A stretch of 63,731 bases of DNA, counting the filler, from Octopus bimaculoides (Eukaryota): assembly GCF_001194135.2 (NCBI RefSeq). It is 9 parts of 8 records of this genome, joined end to end, with 100 filler letters (N's around TTAATTAATTAA, not from the genome) between each part and the next. Parts side by side here need not be neighbours in the genome. Positions count along the whole stretch, not along the records: positions 1 to 10,252 come from NC_068988.1; positions 10,353 to 25,670 come from NC_068983.1; 7 more parts are not named here. One strand, 5' to 3'. Below are positions 1 to 11,656 of the stretch, one piece after another; within the stretch, counting starts at the first letter, position 1, and the number at the start of each line of letters is the position of its first letter. Below the pieces are notes generated by a model. It saw nothing but the letters and a program-made list of their open reading frames with translations, was not told the origin of the DNA and ran no database searches. The translations under genes and the position numbers were made by a program.

Positions 1-35
<35 letters not shown>

Positions 36-36
<1 letters not shown>

Positions 37-420
37 CCCTGATAACTATGATAGGTTTCGGCCAGTATAGGTAGCCCCAGGACATGTCTAAATCAACAGC
101 ACCACCTGGTGAAGTCTTTTAGTTAAATATGGGGCACCATAGACCACTCTAGCTAAGAGTTATTATTATTGGAGACAAATCCGAGTGTAGAAGGTTGGTC
201 CAGTATTTATTGAAGAAATTTGTCTAGTGAACATTTGAATTTTATGGCATCTGTTTCCTTTTTGACGTATTTTGGCATGGTGTTAAAGAGAGCTGGACCT
301 GTTGAGGTAAAATAATTATGACGTAATGTTGCTATGTGTACCGAGTTTGATTGTTATGGTGGGCGGATATCACTGGAGCGAAATCTTGGATGCATTTAAA
401 AATTAATATGAGAGCAATTG
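36..420 (-). mobile_element. CR1/L2-group LINE, 3' end of ORF2 and tail (degenerate)
   Basis: Manual minus-strand translation gives HPRFRS...HNYFTSTGPALFNTMPKYVKKETDAIKFKCSLDKFLQ*ILDQP. This matches the GPxLFNxLP...FKxxLDxFLxxIPDxP C-terminus of CR1-group ORF2. In-frame stops are present. Confidence 0.65.
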
Positions 421-1512
421 ATATTCCTGTTATTCTCATTCACAGGTTTCTCAACCCCTGTTATTACCTCTTTATATTATTTGATGATCATACTTATATT
501 TTATACTCCTATTTATTATTTATATATCGTAAATACACTTCAGATTAACTTTATATTTGTTTCCCACATCTTCTGGCTCTATATCGATATATTGATATAT
601 GAGATAATGATATCTGGATATAGTGATATGGATTCCTTCTTTTCTCTTTCCCCCCCCCCACTGTATTTATTTCTACTTAACCATAATTTTAAACCCTTGT
701 ATGTGTTATTGCAAATGTTATCTGCCTTAAAACATCCTACCATTTCATATTAGTTACTTAATTTCATGTATTTCACTACATTAAATACCTCTCTTTGTTT
801 CAAATTCATCGCAGTATACAATATAACACGGAATATGAACTGTATTTTTCTTCTTCTTGTTAATTTCTTTATCGAACTCTTTATTTATTTATATTAATAA
901 CAAACTATATTTTTTTAATAATAAATATTGCATCTAATCACGTAAACCTTAACTCAACTATATTTAATGGCAAGCTTCAGATTTATATAGTTATACAAAT
1001 ATTCTCTTATGTTATTATTCTATCCCCATCCACCTTGTTATTTTCCTCTCTTAAATAAATTCCTACTTCCGGTATCGAAGCCAACCTAATTAAAATTAAT
1101 TAGAAGCAATTTTTGGTAAATCCTGATATTTCGACCGCTCTTTTATGCCCTGATTTTTGTAAGCTATGTTGTACTCCCATCTTACGTTATTTTATAGTTT
1201 TTAAACTGAGTCATTCGTTTTTTTCCCAACAGATTGTAGCTTTTCAACATGTTTATATTTTCTATTTCCGTTAACTAAACTCCCTACGGGAACGCTGAAA
1301 TTTTGAAATTTCTGACCAACAGGTTTTTGTTTACCTTTATTTGTTCAACTCAGTATAAATCTTAGGGGTGCTCGTCTCTAATAATGTATATATATATTAA
1401 AATATTTTATTTCATTTATTTTTTACTGTCCAGTATTTGATTTCCTCTCTATTAAACACCATTCAACTTAATAAACTTAATAAACTTCGAAGCGTAAAAA
1501 CGTGACAATATA

Positions 1513-1751
1513 TTCTTTCATTCTTTTACTTGTTTCAGTCATTTGACTGTGGCCATGCTGGGGCACCGCCTTTAGTCAAGCAAATCGACCTAAGGACTTA
1601 TTCTTTGTAAGCCTAGTACTTATTCTATCGTTCTCTTTTGCCGAACCGCTAAGTTACGGGGACATAAGCACACCAGCATCGGTTGTCAAGCGATGTTGGG
1701 GGGACAAACACAGACACACAAACACACACACACACACATACATACATATAC

Positions 1752-1791
<40 letters not shown>

Positions 1792-1970
1792 GTATATACA
1801 TATATACGACAGGCTTCTTTCAGTTTCCGTCTACCAAATCCACTCACAAAGCTTTGGTCGGCCCGAGGCTATAGTAGAAGACACTTGCCCAATGTGCCAT
1901 GCAGTGGGAATGAACCCGCAACCATGTGGTTGGTAAGCAAGCTACTTACTACACAGCCACTCCTGCACCT
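1513..1970 (-). mobile_element. Near full-length tRNA-derived CORE-type SINE with internal (CA)/(TA) microsatellite
   Basis: Minus strand begins aggtgcaggagtggctgtgt (tRNA-like head), followed by a CORE-like ggcacattgggcaagtgtcttctactatagcc, a central microsatellite and a 3' part ending cagtcaaatgactgaaac. Many homologous heads and tails occur elsewhere in the window. Confidence 0.9.
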
Positions 1971-2263
1971 TGACGACTTTTCTTTTTGTTCTTTTTTTCT
2001 ATTCACGGAGCCAAAGCTCGCGTCTTCTCTCTCTGTAAGCAACAGACCAACTAGCGACGCATACGCCGTTCGTAGGCAAGCTACTTACCACACTTCCACT
2101 CCTGCACCTATAAATACATATATACTAATCAACTTTAACATTAATTTATATAATCTGAGTGTCTTCTTTCTTTTAGGTTACTTTATACGTTACGTATTAA
2201 TTTCGCAAAACATTTTAGCATTTCTTTTGCCTATAATTAATTACTTAACTTTGTGTAGGTACA

Positions 2264-2516
2264 GGAATCTTATATGTATACCATTCTGCCTAAATAATGG
2301 AACTGCAGATACAATATACCTGCATATTTCGCGTCTATTTTCATTGCTCCACTTCACTCTCTATTTCATATCTTATCTAGAATAACTATTACTTACTCAT
2401 TTTCTCACACCGTCTCCGATGAAAGGATTTATAAAATATCCCGGAAACAGCTGTAAGACGTTTTCTTTATAAATGTTCTGAAATCTTTCACAGCCTTGGA
2501 TTTTTATCTCATTCTG
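2264..2516 (+). mobile_element. Penelope-like terminal-repeat fragment, copy 1
   Basis: Aligns by eye over about 240 bp to the reverse complement of 25976-26214 and contains a minimal hammerhead motif. The Penelope assignment is inferred from that motif. Confidence 0.65.
2411..2460 (+). ncRNA. Minimal type I hammerhead ribozyme (U4C core variant)
   Basis: Stem I cgtct (2411-2415)/agacg (2456-2460); core ccgatga (2416-2422); stem II ggat/atcc; GAAAC (2444-2448); palindromic stem III acagctgt; GUA cleavage triplet (2453-2455). Confidence 0.75.
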
Positions 2517-3239
2517 CTAATTTATATATATANNNNNNNNNNNNNNNNNNNNNNNNNNNNNNNNNNNNNNNNNNNNNNNNNNNNNNNNNNNNNNNNNNNN
2601 NNNNNNNNNNNNNNNNNNNNNNNNNNNNNNNNNNNNNNNNNNNNNNNNNNNNNNNNNNNNNNNNNNNNNNNNNNNNNNNNNNNNNNNNNNNNNNNNNNNN
2701 NNNNNNNNNNNNNNNNNNNNNNNNNNNNNNNNNNNNNNNNNNNNNNNNNNNNNNNNNNNNNNNNNNNNNNNNNNNNNNNNNNNNNNNNNNNNNNNNNNNN
2801 NNNNNNNNNNNNNNNNNNNNNNNNNNNNNNNNNNNNNNNNNNNNNNNNNNNNNNNNNNNNNNNNNNNNNNNNNNNNNNNNNNNNNNNNNNNNNNNNNNNN
2901 NNNNNNNNNNNNNNNNNNNNNNNNNNNNNNNNNNNNNNNNNNNNNNNNNNNNNNNNNNNNNNNNNNNNNNNNNNNNNNNNNNNNNNNNNNNNNNNNNNNN
3001 NNNNNNNNNNNNNNNNNNNNNNNNNNNNNTATATATATAATTGTGTGAGTTGCGATGGGGTTTCTACATGTATATACACAAAATTAACTGGGAAAATGTC
3101 AGGAATGATAATTAACTGAAAATTAATTTCAAACGTAAATGTATACATTGTAAACTGATTCAACACGCATGTCGATAAAAGTAAAGAGAATTAAAAGTTA
3201 AAAAGAATGATCATAAAAGAAATTAAAAGATGATTATAT

Positions 3240-3965
3240 GATGCAGCTTGGAAATTCTTTAGGCTAACATTATAAGAAACATTCTCTTCTGTTTGGAATG
3301 TATTGAACTTAAAGGAGTATATTGTTTGAAGCCTAAGTTTCATCATAAATCTCTGTCTCTTTAGTTGTTGATTCGCTGATGAATTTTACCAAAAGTGAGT
3401 TGTCTCCTGTTATATTCCATGGTGAACTTTTTTCTAACCTATAGTGGAGTGTTCGGAATTCTTTTAATTTCTCTATGCTTCCATTTCATAGAATGACACT
3501 GTCGTCGATATATGTTTCTAGTTTTCTTGTATATTTGGAGAAAATATTTGTGCATTTTCGTAGTCATATCTGATAATTCATAATCTTTAGTTACTCCATA
3601 CGAAGCTTCTCAATAATTCAACTTCCCATTTTTAAATATCAGAGTTGAAACTATCTTTCGCCGAGAAAAAGTAACTCATTCACATACAGTTTCAAACTCA
3701 AATATTTACAGCTGCATTTTCTTCAGATGGTACACCTTCGGCGATATCGCTATAGAAACAACTTCCATCACCAACTATCAATCATGTTTGTCTATCAATA
3801 GCTAAACCAACCGCAATCTTTGCTTTAGTTGCCACAAACATGCTGAAACATTCGGTAAATTTGCCGCATCTACTAGTGGTAGTAAATTGCTTGACATCAC
3901 ACAACCGATTGACTTACTAACATTCCAAATGCTGCTCCTACAGGCTGCCACACTTGTATCTAGCG
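3240..3965 (-). pseudogene. Decayed coding relic with OTU-protease-like motif, probably transposon-derived
   Basis: Minus frame reads YKCGSL*EQHLEC...RCGKFTECF...LIVGDGSCFYSDIAEG (IVGDGSCFY at 3752-3778), with many stops. Confidence 0.3.
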
Positions 3966-4216
3966 ACGGCCACTCATGCTGCTTTTGTTGAGAATACCAC
4001 TACGACCCGGCGACAATCAAAAGTAAACAAAACAACGGCAACGAATTTCGTAAGAAAAAATGTGAGCTTGAAGAACTAATATCATGGAATATTAATGACA
4101 AACAATTTATTCCATTTTCTTTTTATTTCATCATGACTAAATCGTCTTTCTACAGCAACCGAAACCGTTAGGATATGTTCATTAAAATGTAATAACCTTC
4201 TTACTTTTATTCAAGA

Positions 4217-4310
4217 GAGTGCTCAGCCACTGGCACGTTAATTTCACGAGCAGGCTGTTCCGTTGATCGGTTCAACTGGAAGCCTCGTCGTCGTAACCGA
4301 CGGAGTGCCA
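4217..4310 (-). mobile_element. Fragment of a conserved cephalopod SINE/repeat domain
   Basis: GC-rich island reading tggcactccgtcggttacgacgacgagg...gatcaacggaacagcctgctcgtgaaattaacgtgccagtggctgagcactc on the minus strand. Recognised as a common octopus repeat core; family name not verified. Confidence 0.55.
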
Positions 4311-4643
4311 TGATTATAGCAACATACAACAATAATATATATGCATATAATTAAGTATCTGGGTCTTACCACACACGTTATCCATACATGCAATCATAGT
4401 TGCTTATCTGAGAGATTGAACACACTGAGATAACCTATATCTGCTAATTCCGTCCTTCCTGCAAAAAATGACATCTGTATCTCTTTGAAATAAGAAAAAA
4501 AATCTTTGCTTTGAAATATTTTTTCAATTCGATTCACGTACATAAAGTAAAGTAAATTCTGAACTCAATAAGTGGTTTCATTATGATATTTTATTTCTAG
4601 AATATACGAAAGATGAAGAAGTTTAGAAATGTAAGGTTGAGCA

Positions 4644-5989
4644 TCTATATATATAAAAATAAGAATGTGTGTCTGTCTGTCTGTCTGTCTGTCTCTGTGT
4701 GTGTGTGAATCCCTAAAACTCGAGAACTACGCAACCAATTTCATTCAAATTTTACAGATGCCTTACTTAGGGTTCCAGTTGTGTTTTAGTCAAAAAAAGT
4801 TTTTTTAACTTCTTGCAGAGTTCGAGCCCACGGCAACATAATATCTCCTCCACTATTTAAGTATTACGTGTCAAAAGTGAAACAAAAACACTCATGTCAA
4901 ATACTTTCACTTTAAAAATGAAACTATTCCACTAACTGAAATAATCACATTTCGATACTGTAATGACNNNNNNNNNNNNNNNNNNNNNNNNNNNNNNNNN
5001 NNNNNNNNNNNNNNNNNNNNNNNNNNNNNNNNNNNNNNNNNNNNNNNNNNNNNNNNNNNNNNNNNNNNNNNNNNNNNNNNNNNNNNNNNNNNNNNNNNNN
5101 NNNNNNNNNNNNNNNNNNNNNNNNNNNNNNNNNNNNNNNNNNNNNNNNNNNNNNNNNNNNNNNNNNNNNNNNNNNNNNNNNNNNNNNNNNNNNNNNNNNN
5201 NNNNNNNNNNNNNNNNNNNNNNNNNNNNNNNNNNNNNNNNNNNNNNNNNNNNNNNNNNNNNNNNNNNNNNNNNNNNNNNNNNNNNNNNNNNNNNNNNNNN
5301 NNNNNNNNNNNNNNNNNNNNNNNNNNNNNNNNNNNNNNNNNNNNNNNNNNNNNNNNNNNNNNNNNNNNNNNNNNNNNNNNNNNNNNNNNNNNNNNNNNNN
5401 NNNNNNNNNNNNNNNNNNNNNNNNNNNNNNNNNNNNNNNNNNNNNNNNNNNNNNNNNNNNNNNNNNNNNNNNNNNNNNNNNNNNNNNNNNNNNNNNNNNN
5501 NNNNNNNNNNNNNNNNNNNNNNNNNNNNNNNNNNNNNNNNNNNNNNNNNNNNNNNNNNNNNNNNNNNNNNNNNNNNNNNNNNNNNNNNNNNCGGTACAAC
5601 AGTGTAAGACTACCCTTTCAGATATACTTACATTGTGATTTCTGCAATGTGGTGCATAAATTGTCAAGTAAATGAGACGCATCTTTGCCTCCACTGATTC
5701 ACTTGCAAAGTGTTGAGTAAAATTATTTCGTTGCAGACCTCCTTTGAGTCTTTTTATTATCACTGCGACACACATAGTCCCCAGTTGGTAACATTGATTT
5801 CAAGGCCTTACCAGATGAGAGACTGGCATTCCACTTAATATTTATGTTCCATGCTGGCATGGATTGGAGAGTTATTAATGTAGAAATATGGTATCGTAGC
5901 TACTAACAGTTGAGGGTTGCGTAGTCTAGACGGCGTTTTTAGATTTCATTATTCTCTTTAACCCGAGCAAAGCCGGGGATTTCTGCTAG
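4644..5989 (+). mobile_element. Non-autonomous Helitron spanning an assembly gap
   Basis: A|TCtatatatataaa 5' end (4644) followed by (GTCT)n; 3' hairpin cccg-a-gc-aaa-gc-cggg (5962-5977) then CTAG|T (5986-5989). Inserted in an AT dinucleotide with no TSD. Confidence 0.75.
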
Positions 5990-7831
5990 TTTATAATATA
6001 TTTTCTGTAATATATTGGTGTTATTTATTGATGTAAATGAGAAAAAGTGATGTAAATGAGCAAAAGTTATGTAAATAAGCAAAAGTGAGAAGTAGAACAT
6101 GTGCAGACGTGATAGCAGGAAAAATACAATAGAGACGGAAAAATCATTGTGTAAATAATTTTTTTGATACAATTTTAGTTAAAAGATGGCGGACTGTTAT
6201 AAATAACCCAACTGAAAAATCAATGGCCGCATGTGTTTCTGATAGTAAAGAGTATAGAATCATCCTGAGGTTTCACCCGTAGAAGGCGTTCGAACTGGCT
6301 TCAACATGACCCATCTTTACTTTTTAAGAAAAAATAATCTTGCTTGAGAAAGTGCAGATGTATCCGGGTTCCAACGGCATTTAATGGTGAAATGGTGAGG
6401 TAGTGCTGCTAAAGGCGTTTTCGTCACTAACTTTACAATCGAAAATGTATAATAAAATGAGAGATCGTTTATAATGGCTTTGTCTGAATTACCACAAGTA
6501 TGTAAGTAATGAAACTTCCAATCATCTGAAAAACAGAAAAGAGACGTTATATGTGTGTTATTTTCAGTGAATGAAGAGAATTATACGGACAGAAGGTCAT
6601 TATGTATTACTTATACAAGAAAAGTAAGCTGGTTGTATCAGTTAAGTAACCGCAAGTGTTGGGCACTAAGCATTTAGGTCATGAGTTCAAGATCTGCTGA
6701 TATATTCGTCACCAATTTTCATTTAGGCGCCCATAAATTATTAATTATTTGATTAAATTTTGTGGTTCTGTTAGGTGTGCGACCGAACCTCGAATCGAAA
6801 TGTTACACACGCAGATTTTCCTGTGTGCATTATGGTCGACAGAGTGTCAAGACTGGTAACGTTTGAACTCAAAAGATAAACGGTTGTAACAGAATATTGT
6901 AAACATTTTATAAAGTCAGGAAGTATAAAATATTTCATTACAAAGTTTTATTATAAAAGACTATATCTCTGCCCAAAACTGTAACAAAGTACATAACAAA
7001 TACATTTTCCTTCAAAATATTTTCCTTTCGATTTATTTCAAATTCCTTAATTTTATTATATAGTCTTCTTATTTTTATTATTCGCGTTTTATTTCTTATT
7101 CATCGCTATGTTTGAAGTTGTATTCACGATCTTTCATGAGCCACTAATAGACCAAGTACATTTTGAACAGAAAATAGCTTTTCGCATTTAGCATTTTTAA
7201 ATGTAAATGTTGTAAGTCAAGCAGTGTACAAAAAAAAAAATAAATAAAAAAGAAACTGCATATCGTATTTCACAGGATGTAAAAATGAGCTTTACTGTTA
7301 ATGCCGTCTTGTGTGTTTCCTTAAGGCGTTTTCTTATTAAATAGGAGACTGCTAATACTTAGCCGAAGATATAACAATAATTGTAAATATTCCTCCGGTT
7401 AAGTGGAAAATTGATGTCCAATTACTTTGATAATAACTGATTGGTGTCGACAATAGTTTGATAACACAAGCAGAGGTTATAAGCGTCTTGCGTGCGCACA
7501 CATTTGTTCAATAATCTGCTTGTAATACTGACCAAATGAGCACACCAGTACATCTTAAAAGAACATACGCTTACACTTCCCTCATGTAAACAGCCAACTA
7601 CCGCCATCATCACCATACAACTATCACATCTCTACAACTAGCAGGTACTTCGTTTTGATCTCTATAGTCCTTGTTGTCAATGGTTGTGTTAATGCAGTGG
7701 GTTAAACTGAATTTAATTTTTTTTCAGATATTGTTATCAAAATTTTCAGCTAAATCGCTATACAACACGTATAATTATTATAGAAAAGTAGAAGAGTATA
7801 GTAGTTCGCTTGAAGCATTGTGCATCGTTTG

Positions 7832-8103
7832 TAAAATATGCGTCTTGAATTGCACTACAATGCGCTATAATAACAACAATGGACTATAATAACTGTTATA
7901 ATTTAATTATCCATAGTCTGATATAATAATATTTCGGAATACAAAAAAACTTCTTCAGATATTGCTAGGAATTGATCGATTCCTAACGATATCTAAAATA
8001 TTATAATTATATTAGACTATGGATAATTAGATTATAACAGTTATTATAGTCCATTGCTGTTATTATAGTCATTGTTGTGCCATTCAAGACACATCATATT
8101 TTA
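7832..8103. repeat. Long fold-back inverted repeat (MITE-like)
   Basis: 7832-7934 is the reverse complement of about 7996-8103 with few mismatches. An inner stem 7957-7972/7979-7994 pairs 14/16 and closes a 6-nt loop. Confidence 0.85.
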
Positions 8104-8149
8104 TATATAGAAATGTAGTAAGTACATGGTGACAGTGGAGTAGCACAGC

Positions 8150-8880
8150 AATTATGAAAGTGGAAGTCAAGGTCGTCTTCAACGACATTATAGACCCCCG
8201 AGTACAACAATGTACAGAAGCCCCAGCATGAGCAATTATAGTAGGCTAGAGTTGAAAATATTTACACTAGGTGTCACGCAGTGAGACTGAAGCCTAAGTT
8301 ATACAGTCGAGAAGCAAAACTCTGCGACTTTGTATAACAACATATGTAAAATTTGCACTAAATACTGTAATATTTACCGTAAGCGTTGACGAGGGAGTTA
8401 TCACGAAACAGCCACCGACATCGATTCCATGAGATTCAGTCGTTAAACGATTTAGGAAAACTAATATCTGTAATACATAAGAAGAAGAAAAATAATAAAC
8501 AGAGACGGTGGAACAAGAAATTCCCCCAAATTTTCTCATATATGTGGACACATCGTGATTTATTGTACGCATTGGGACCTACGAATAATTTAATTCCGAA
8601 AAGGATGGGATAAAAACAAATGCACATTTAAGGACTTGATGATGAATTCCCATTTGTATTGATGGAAATTCAACGATGATTATTCGCATGGTTATATACA
8701 AAACCAAAGAAGAACCTAAAGGATAAGATAATAATAGCGATACCAATAAGGAGGGGACAACTGGCACCAACGAGTTAAGTGATTTAAGTGAGGAAGATCA
8801 GAAGATTTTAGATGCGTTGCAGGAAGTAATGAGGAAAGAAGTAAGAAAAACATTGCCAGCATTAAAAGGCAACAACATCT
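8150..8880 (+). mobile_element. Possible degraded N-terminal region of an R4/Dong-like retrotransposon
   Basis: Fragment DQKILDALQEVMRKEVRKTLPALKG plus proximity to the REL fragment at 9281. Weak similarity only. Confidence 0.3.
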
Positions 8881-9043
8881 TTAAATGATTATTCCGGAGC
8901 ATATTCACCATCTACTTCAATTATACTTCCCATTTGCTTCGCAGACTGTCAGACTATCATTTAAAGATGTTTTTGTTAAATATTGTTATTGTTTTTGTTG
9001 AATAAAATTTGTTGGAAAAGAAAAGCTGCAATAATTATGCATC

Positions 9044-9102
<59 letters not shown>

Positions 9103-9280
9103 TACATAATGGGCTGATGAATAACTTAAAATTGTAGTTAAATAAGAGAAAATCAACCATAAACTTTATTTACCTTCGAAACAACCTCCTGGTCTACGCC
9201 CTGGAATTGCATAAAATGAATACTTTGTGTAATGCTGTGAACCTGGATGCGAAAAAGAAAATAACAATAATAATCATCGT

Positions 9281-9947
9281 CATCTGTAATAGAGCGGATG
9301 AAAGCATTGCCCATATCACAATCGAATGCTCTAGTCTTCCCTAAAACCACTACCAGCTGTGGCGTCATGATCCAGTACCGAAAGTGATACATAGGAAACT
9401 ATGCAAAGAGTGGGGGCTAGAGAGAGAGAGGCAAGATGTGGCATGAGCACAAACCACAGAGAGTGGCGGAGTCGGAGACTAGCAAAATTCTCTAGGATTT
9501 CCCAATGAAAGAAGATCAGGGGCTAGAGCATAGCAGACCAGATATATTGGTAGTCAACAATATGTACCACATGTGCTATACATTTGATGTTGCATGTCCC
9601 TTTGACCCACGAATAGTTAAGAAGGAGAGCAAAAAAAAAAAAAAAAAAATACAACCCTCTTAAGTACGAAAGAGCTCGGCTATGGAAAATGAAAATGGTG
9701 AAGATAGTGCCAACTATTGCTGGGTCCTTGGGAACAGTATCAGAAGGCATCAAAAGGAATATCGAGGAAATTGGAATAGAGTAGCCAGTAGAACTGTTAC
9801 AAACGGTTGGCTTCCTTCGCCCAGACAAGAATAATCAGGAAAGATAGCTGAAAATAACGGATAGCATGGTAACGTAGGCAGCGGTTAGCAAGCCCGCTAC
9901 ACATACAAATTCTTCAGGACCTCCGACAAAACCTGTGAGGAAAAGAA
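9281..9947 (+). mobile_element. R4/Dong-like non-LTR retrotransposon, 3' CCHC + REL endonuclease region
   Basis: Translation with frameshifts: C..ADESIAHITIEC..RHDPVPKVIHRKLCKEWG..HKPQRV.E...KIL*DF...HSRPDILVV...FDVACPFD.RI.KKE...KY..L...RLWKM..VKIVP...GSLG. Followed by (AAT)n. Confidence 0.85.
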
Positions 9948-9956
9948 ATAACAATG

Positions 9957-10018
<62 letters not shown>
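9948..10018 (+). repeat. (AAT)n microsatellite between two Dong-like fragments
   Basis: Near-perfect AAT run. Confidence 0.95.
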
Positions 10019-10021
<3 letters not shown>

Positions 10022-10252
10022 GTACTTAAACTGGAGACAGAAACACCTTGAAGTAAGACCCTACATAGACAGTAACAAACTTGCCAACGTCAGAAGAAAC
10101 ATTATGAAAAAAAATTACTAACTGAAGTAGAGATTGACCAAATTAAACAAGCAGTAAGGGATAAAAAGAATGAAACTGCAGCTAAAGAAGATAGTACAGA
10201 GGAAATAATTATAAACCAGCCCAAGGCTGATGAAAATACAGTAATGATTGAA
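10019..10252 (+). mobile_element. N-terminal fragment of a second R4/Dong-like element
   Basis: WRQKHLEVRPYIDSNKLANVRRNIMKK/LLTEVEIDQIKQAV resembles the W...LAxxRRxI...LxxxEIxxIK N-terminal motif of this group. Confidence 0.5.
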
Positions 10253-10352
10253 NNNNNNNNNNNNNNNNNNNNNNNNNNNNNNNNNNNNNNNNNNNNTTAA
10301 TTAATTAANNNNNNNNNNNNNNNNNNNNNNNNNNNNNNNNNNNNNNNNNNNN

Positions 10353-10552
10353 CACTGTTGGACGGTATGGGCTTGCTTCTCCAGGTGCCGAGTAACAAAC
10401 CCACTGACTTTTCCGGGTTAATTTTGGCTCCTGTCACCGTTTCGTATTGTTTAAGTGTCTCGCCTAGCATCTCGACGTGCTTTTCGCTCGACACTATGAC
10501 GGTGACATCGTCCGCATATGCAGACACGCTCGTCCCGCAACCCAGCTCTCGT
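10353..10552 (-). mobile_element. L1/Tx1-clade LINE reverse transcriptase fragment
   Basis: SAYADDVTVIV...LKQYETVTGAKINPEKSVGLLLGTW (YADD and GAKINxxKS motifs). Abuts (TAGA)n at 10553-10621. Confidence 0.85.
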
Positions 10553-10568
10553 TAGATAGATAGATAGT

Positions 10569-10621
<53 letters not shown>

Positions 10622-11134
10622 TTTGTAACTCGGATTTATGTTAGAACTAAATGTTAAATTTTGCAACTTATTGACAATGTTGGAATGAAAAACCTGTATA
10701 CTGACTTACGGTATGTTTACATGTTTACTTACCGGAATGCGAATTTTCGTGTAGGTGAATGTGTTATCATCCACATCGTTGTTGTTTTTGTTATTGTTGC
10801 TGCTGTTGTTATTGTTTATGTCTTCGGTCAACCCTGATCGAGCAGATATATGGTAAAAAGCGTTTCTGTAGTGACCATCACGTCCAGACATAGTATAACT
10901 GATTGCACTGGAGCGTGTTAATGAATCATTCAGAAATTTCAGGTATGACGCTAGCAATTGTGCCTTATATCATACACACGAAATACTCAGAACTAAACGA
11001 GTCATGTTTTTCGAGTATCTGAGATTTGAGGAAAATAATGGCAGTCCTCTCACATAGTCTGAATGCTTTCGACAAAGTGGCCTCTGATAAATCACCCATT
11101 AACCAGGTATTGATGTTTGAACAGGATCACGCTG

Positions 11135-11290
11135 TTCAGTGGGATGCCACATAGTTTCTAAGAAATTTTATTCAGAAGATTTTGGTCGACTGAGGCTTAT
11201 GGCAGGGAAAACACTTGCTCAAGGTAGTATATAACATACTGGATTTGGAACTGCTTAGTTGTGAAGCGAACTCTTTACAGATGGCTTACG
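11135..11290 (-). mobile_element. Degenerate CORE-type SINE head
   Basis: Loose match to the 1513-1970 head (ttttggtcgactgaggc...aacacttgctcaaggt). Confidence 0.4.
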
Positions 11291-11447
11291 AATGCCTGAT
11301 TACATGGTCCATGCCAACGCCTTGAAGTAGCAAGTACGACTCCCTAAAATCGGGCTTTACTGTCTTAAAAACATTCAATTTTGTAGTACTAGTCATTCCT
11401 TTAAAAAGACTAGATGGCCAAGACTGGAATAATTTTCAGTATGTGTA

Positions 11448-11656
11448 CGAGGGGGTGGGTGTGAAAAGGTTCTGGCTTTAAAGGTGTCGCGAAAAACCTG
11501 ATTGGAGTCCCAACTTTCCGAGTTTTACAGGGTTTAGAAAAACTGAAGGACTGCTATAAGTGTGTGAATCTGAGAGGGGAATGTGTTGAATAAAATCATA
11601 ACCGATCTTCTTGTATTTTCTTCTTTCCCAAGCCAGGAATTTTTCAGCACCCTTCG
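11448..11656 (+). mobile_element. Mariner-derived MITE / internally deleted mariner
   Basis: TA|cgagggg..tgaaaaggttctggctt and aagccaggaatttttcagcacccttcg|TA form imperfect TIRs with TA TSDs. The interior encodes a mariner C-terminal remnant (GLEKLKDC..KCVNLRGECVE). Confidence 0.8.

Noticed and set aside
420-1500. AT-rich stretch with short open minus frames, possibly the body of the Penelope-like element
   Set aside because: No RT or GIY-YIG motif could be recognised, so it is left unannotated.
1921-1970. tRNA-like A/B box sequences in the repeat heads
   Set aside because: They are SINE heads with no complete cloverleaf, so they are not called tRNA genes.
10297-10308. TTAATTAATTAA inside N runs, repeated at 25715, 29528, 42342, 52568, 55863, 61084 and 62473
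   Set aside because: It sits between N runs in each case (44 N on each side where counted, a 100-bp block) and has stops in all six frames. It is an artificial scaffolding spacer, not biology. Sequence on either side may not be truly adjacent.
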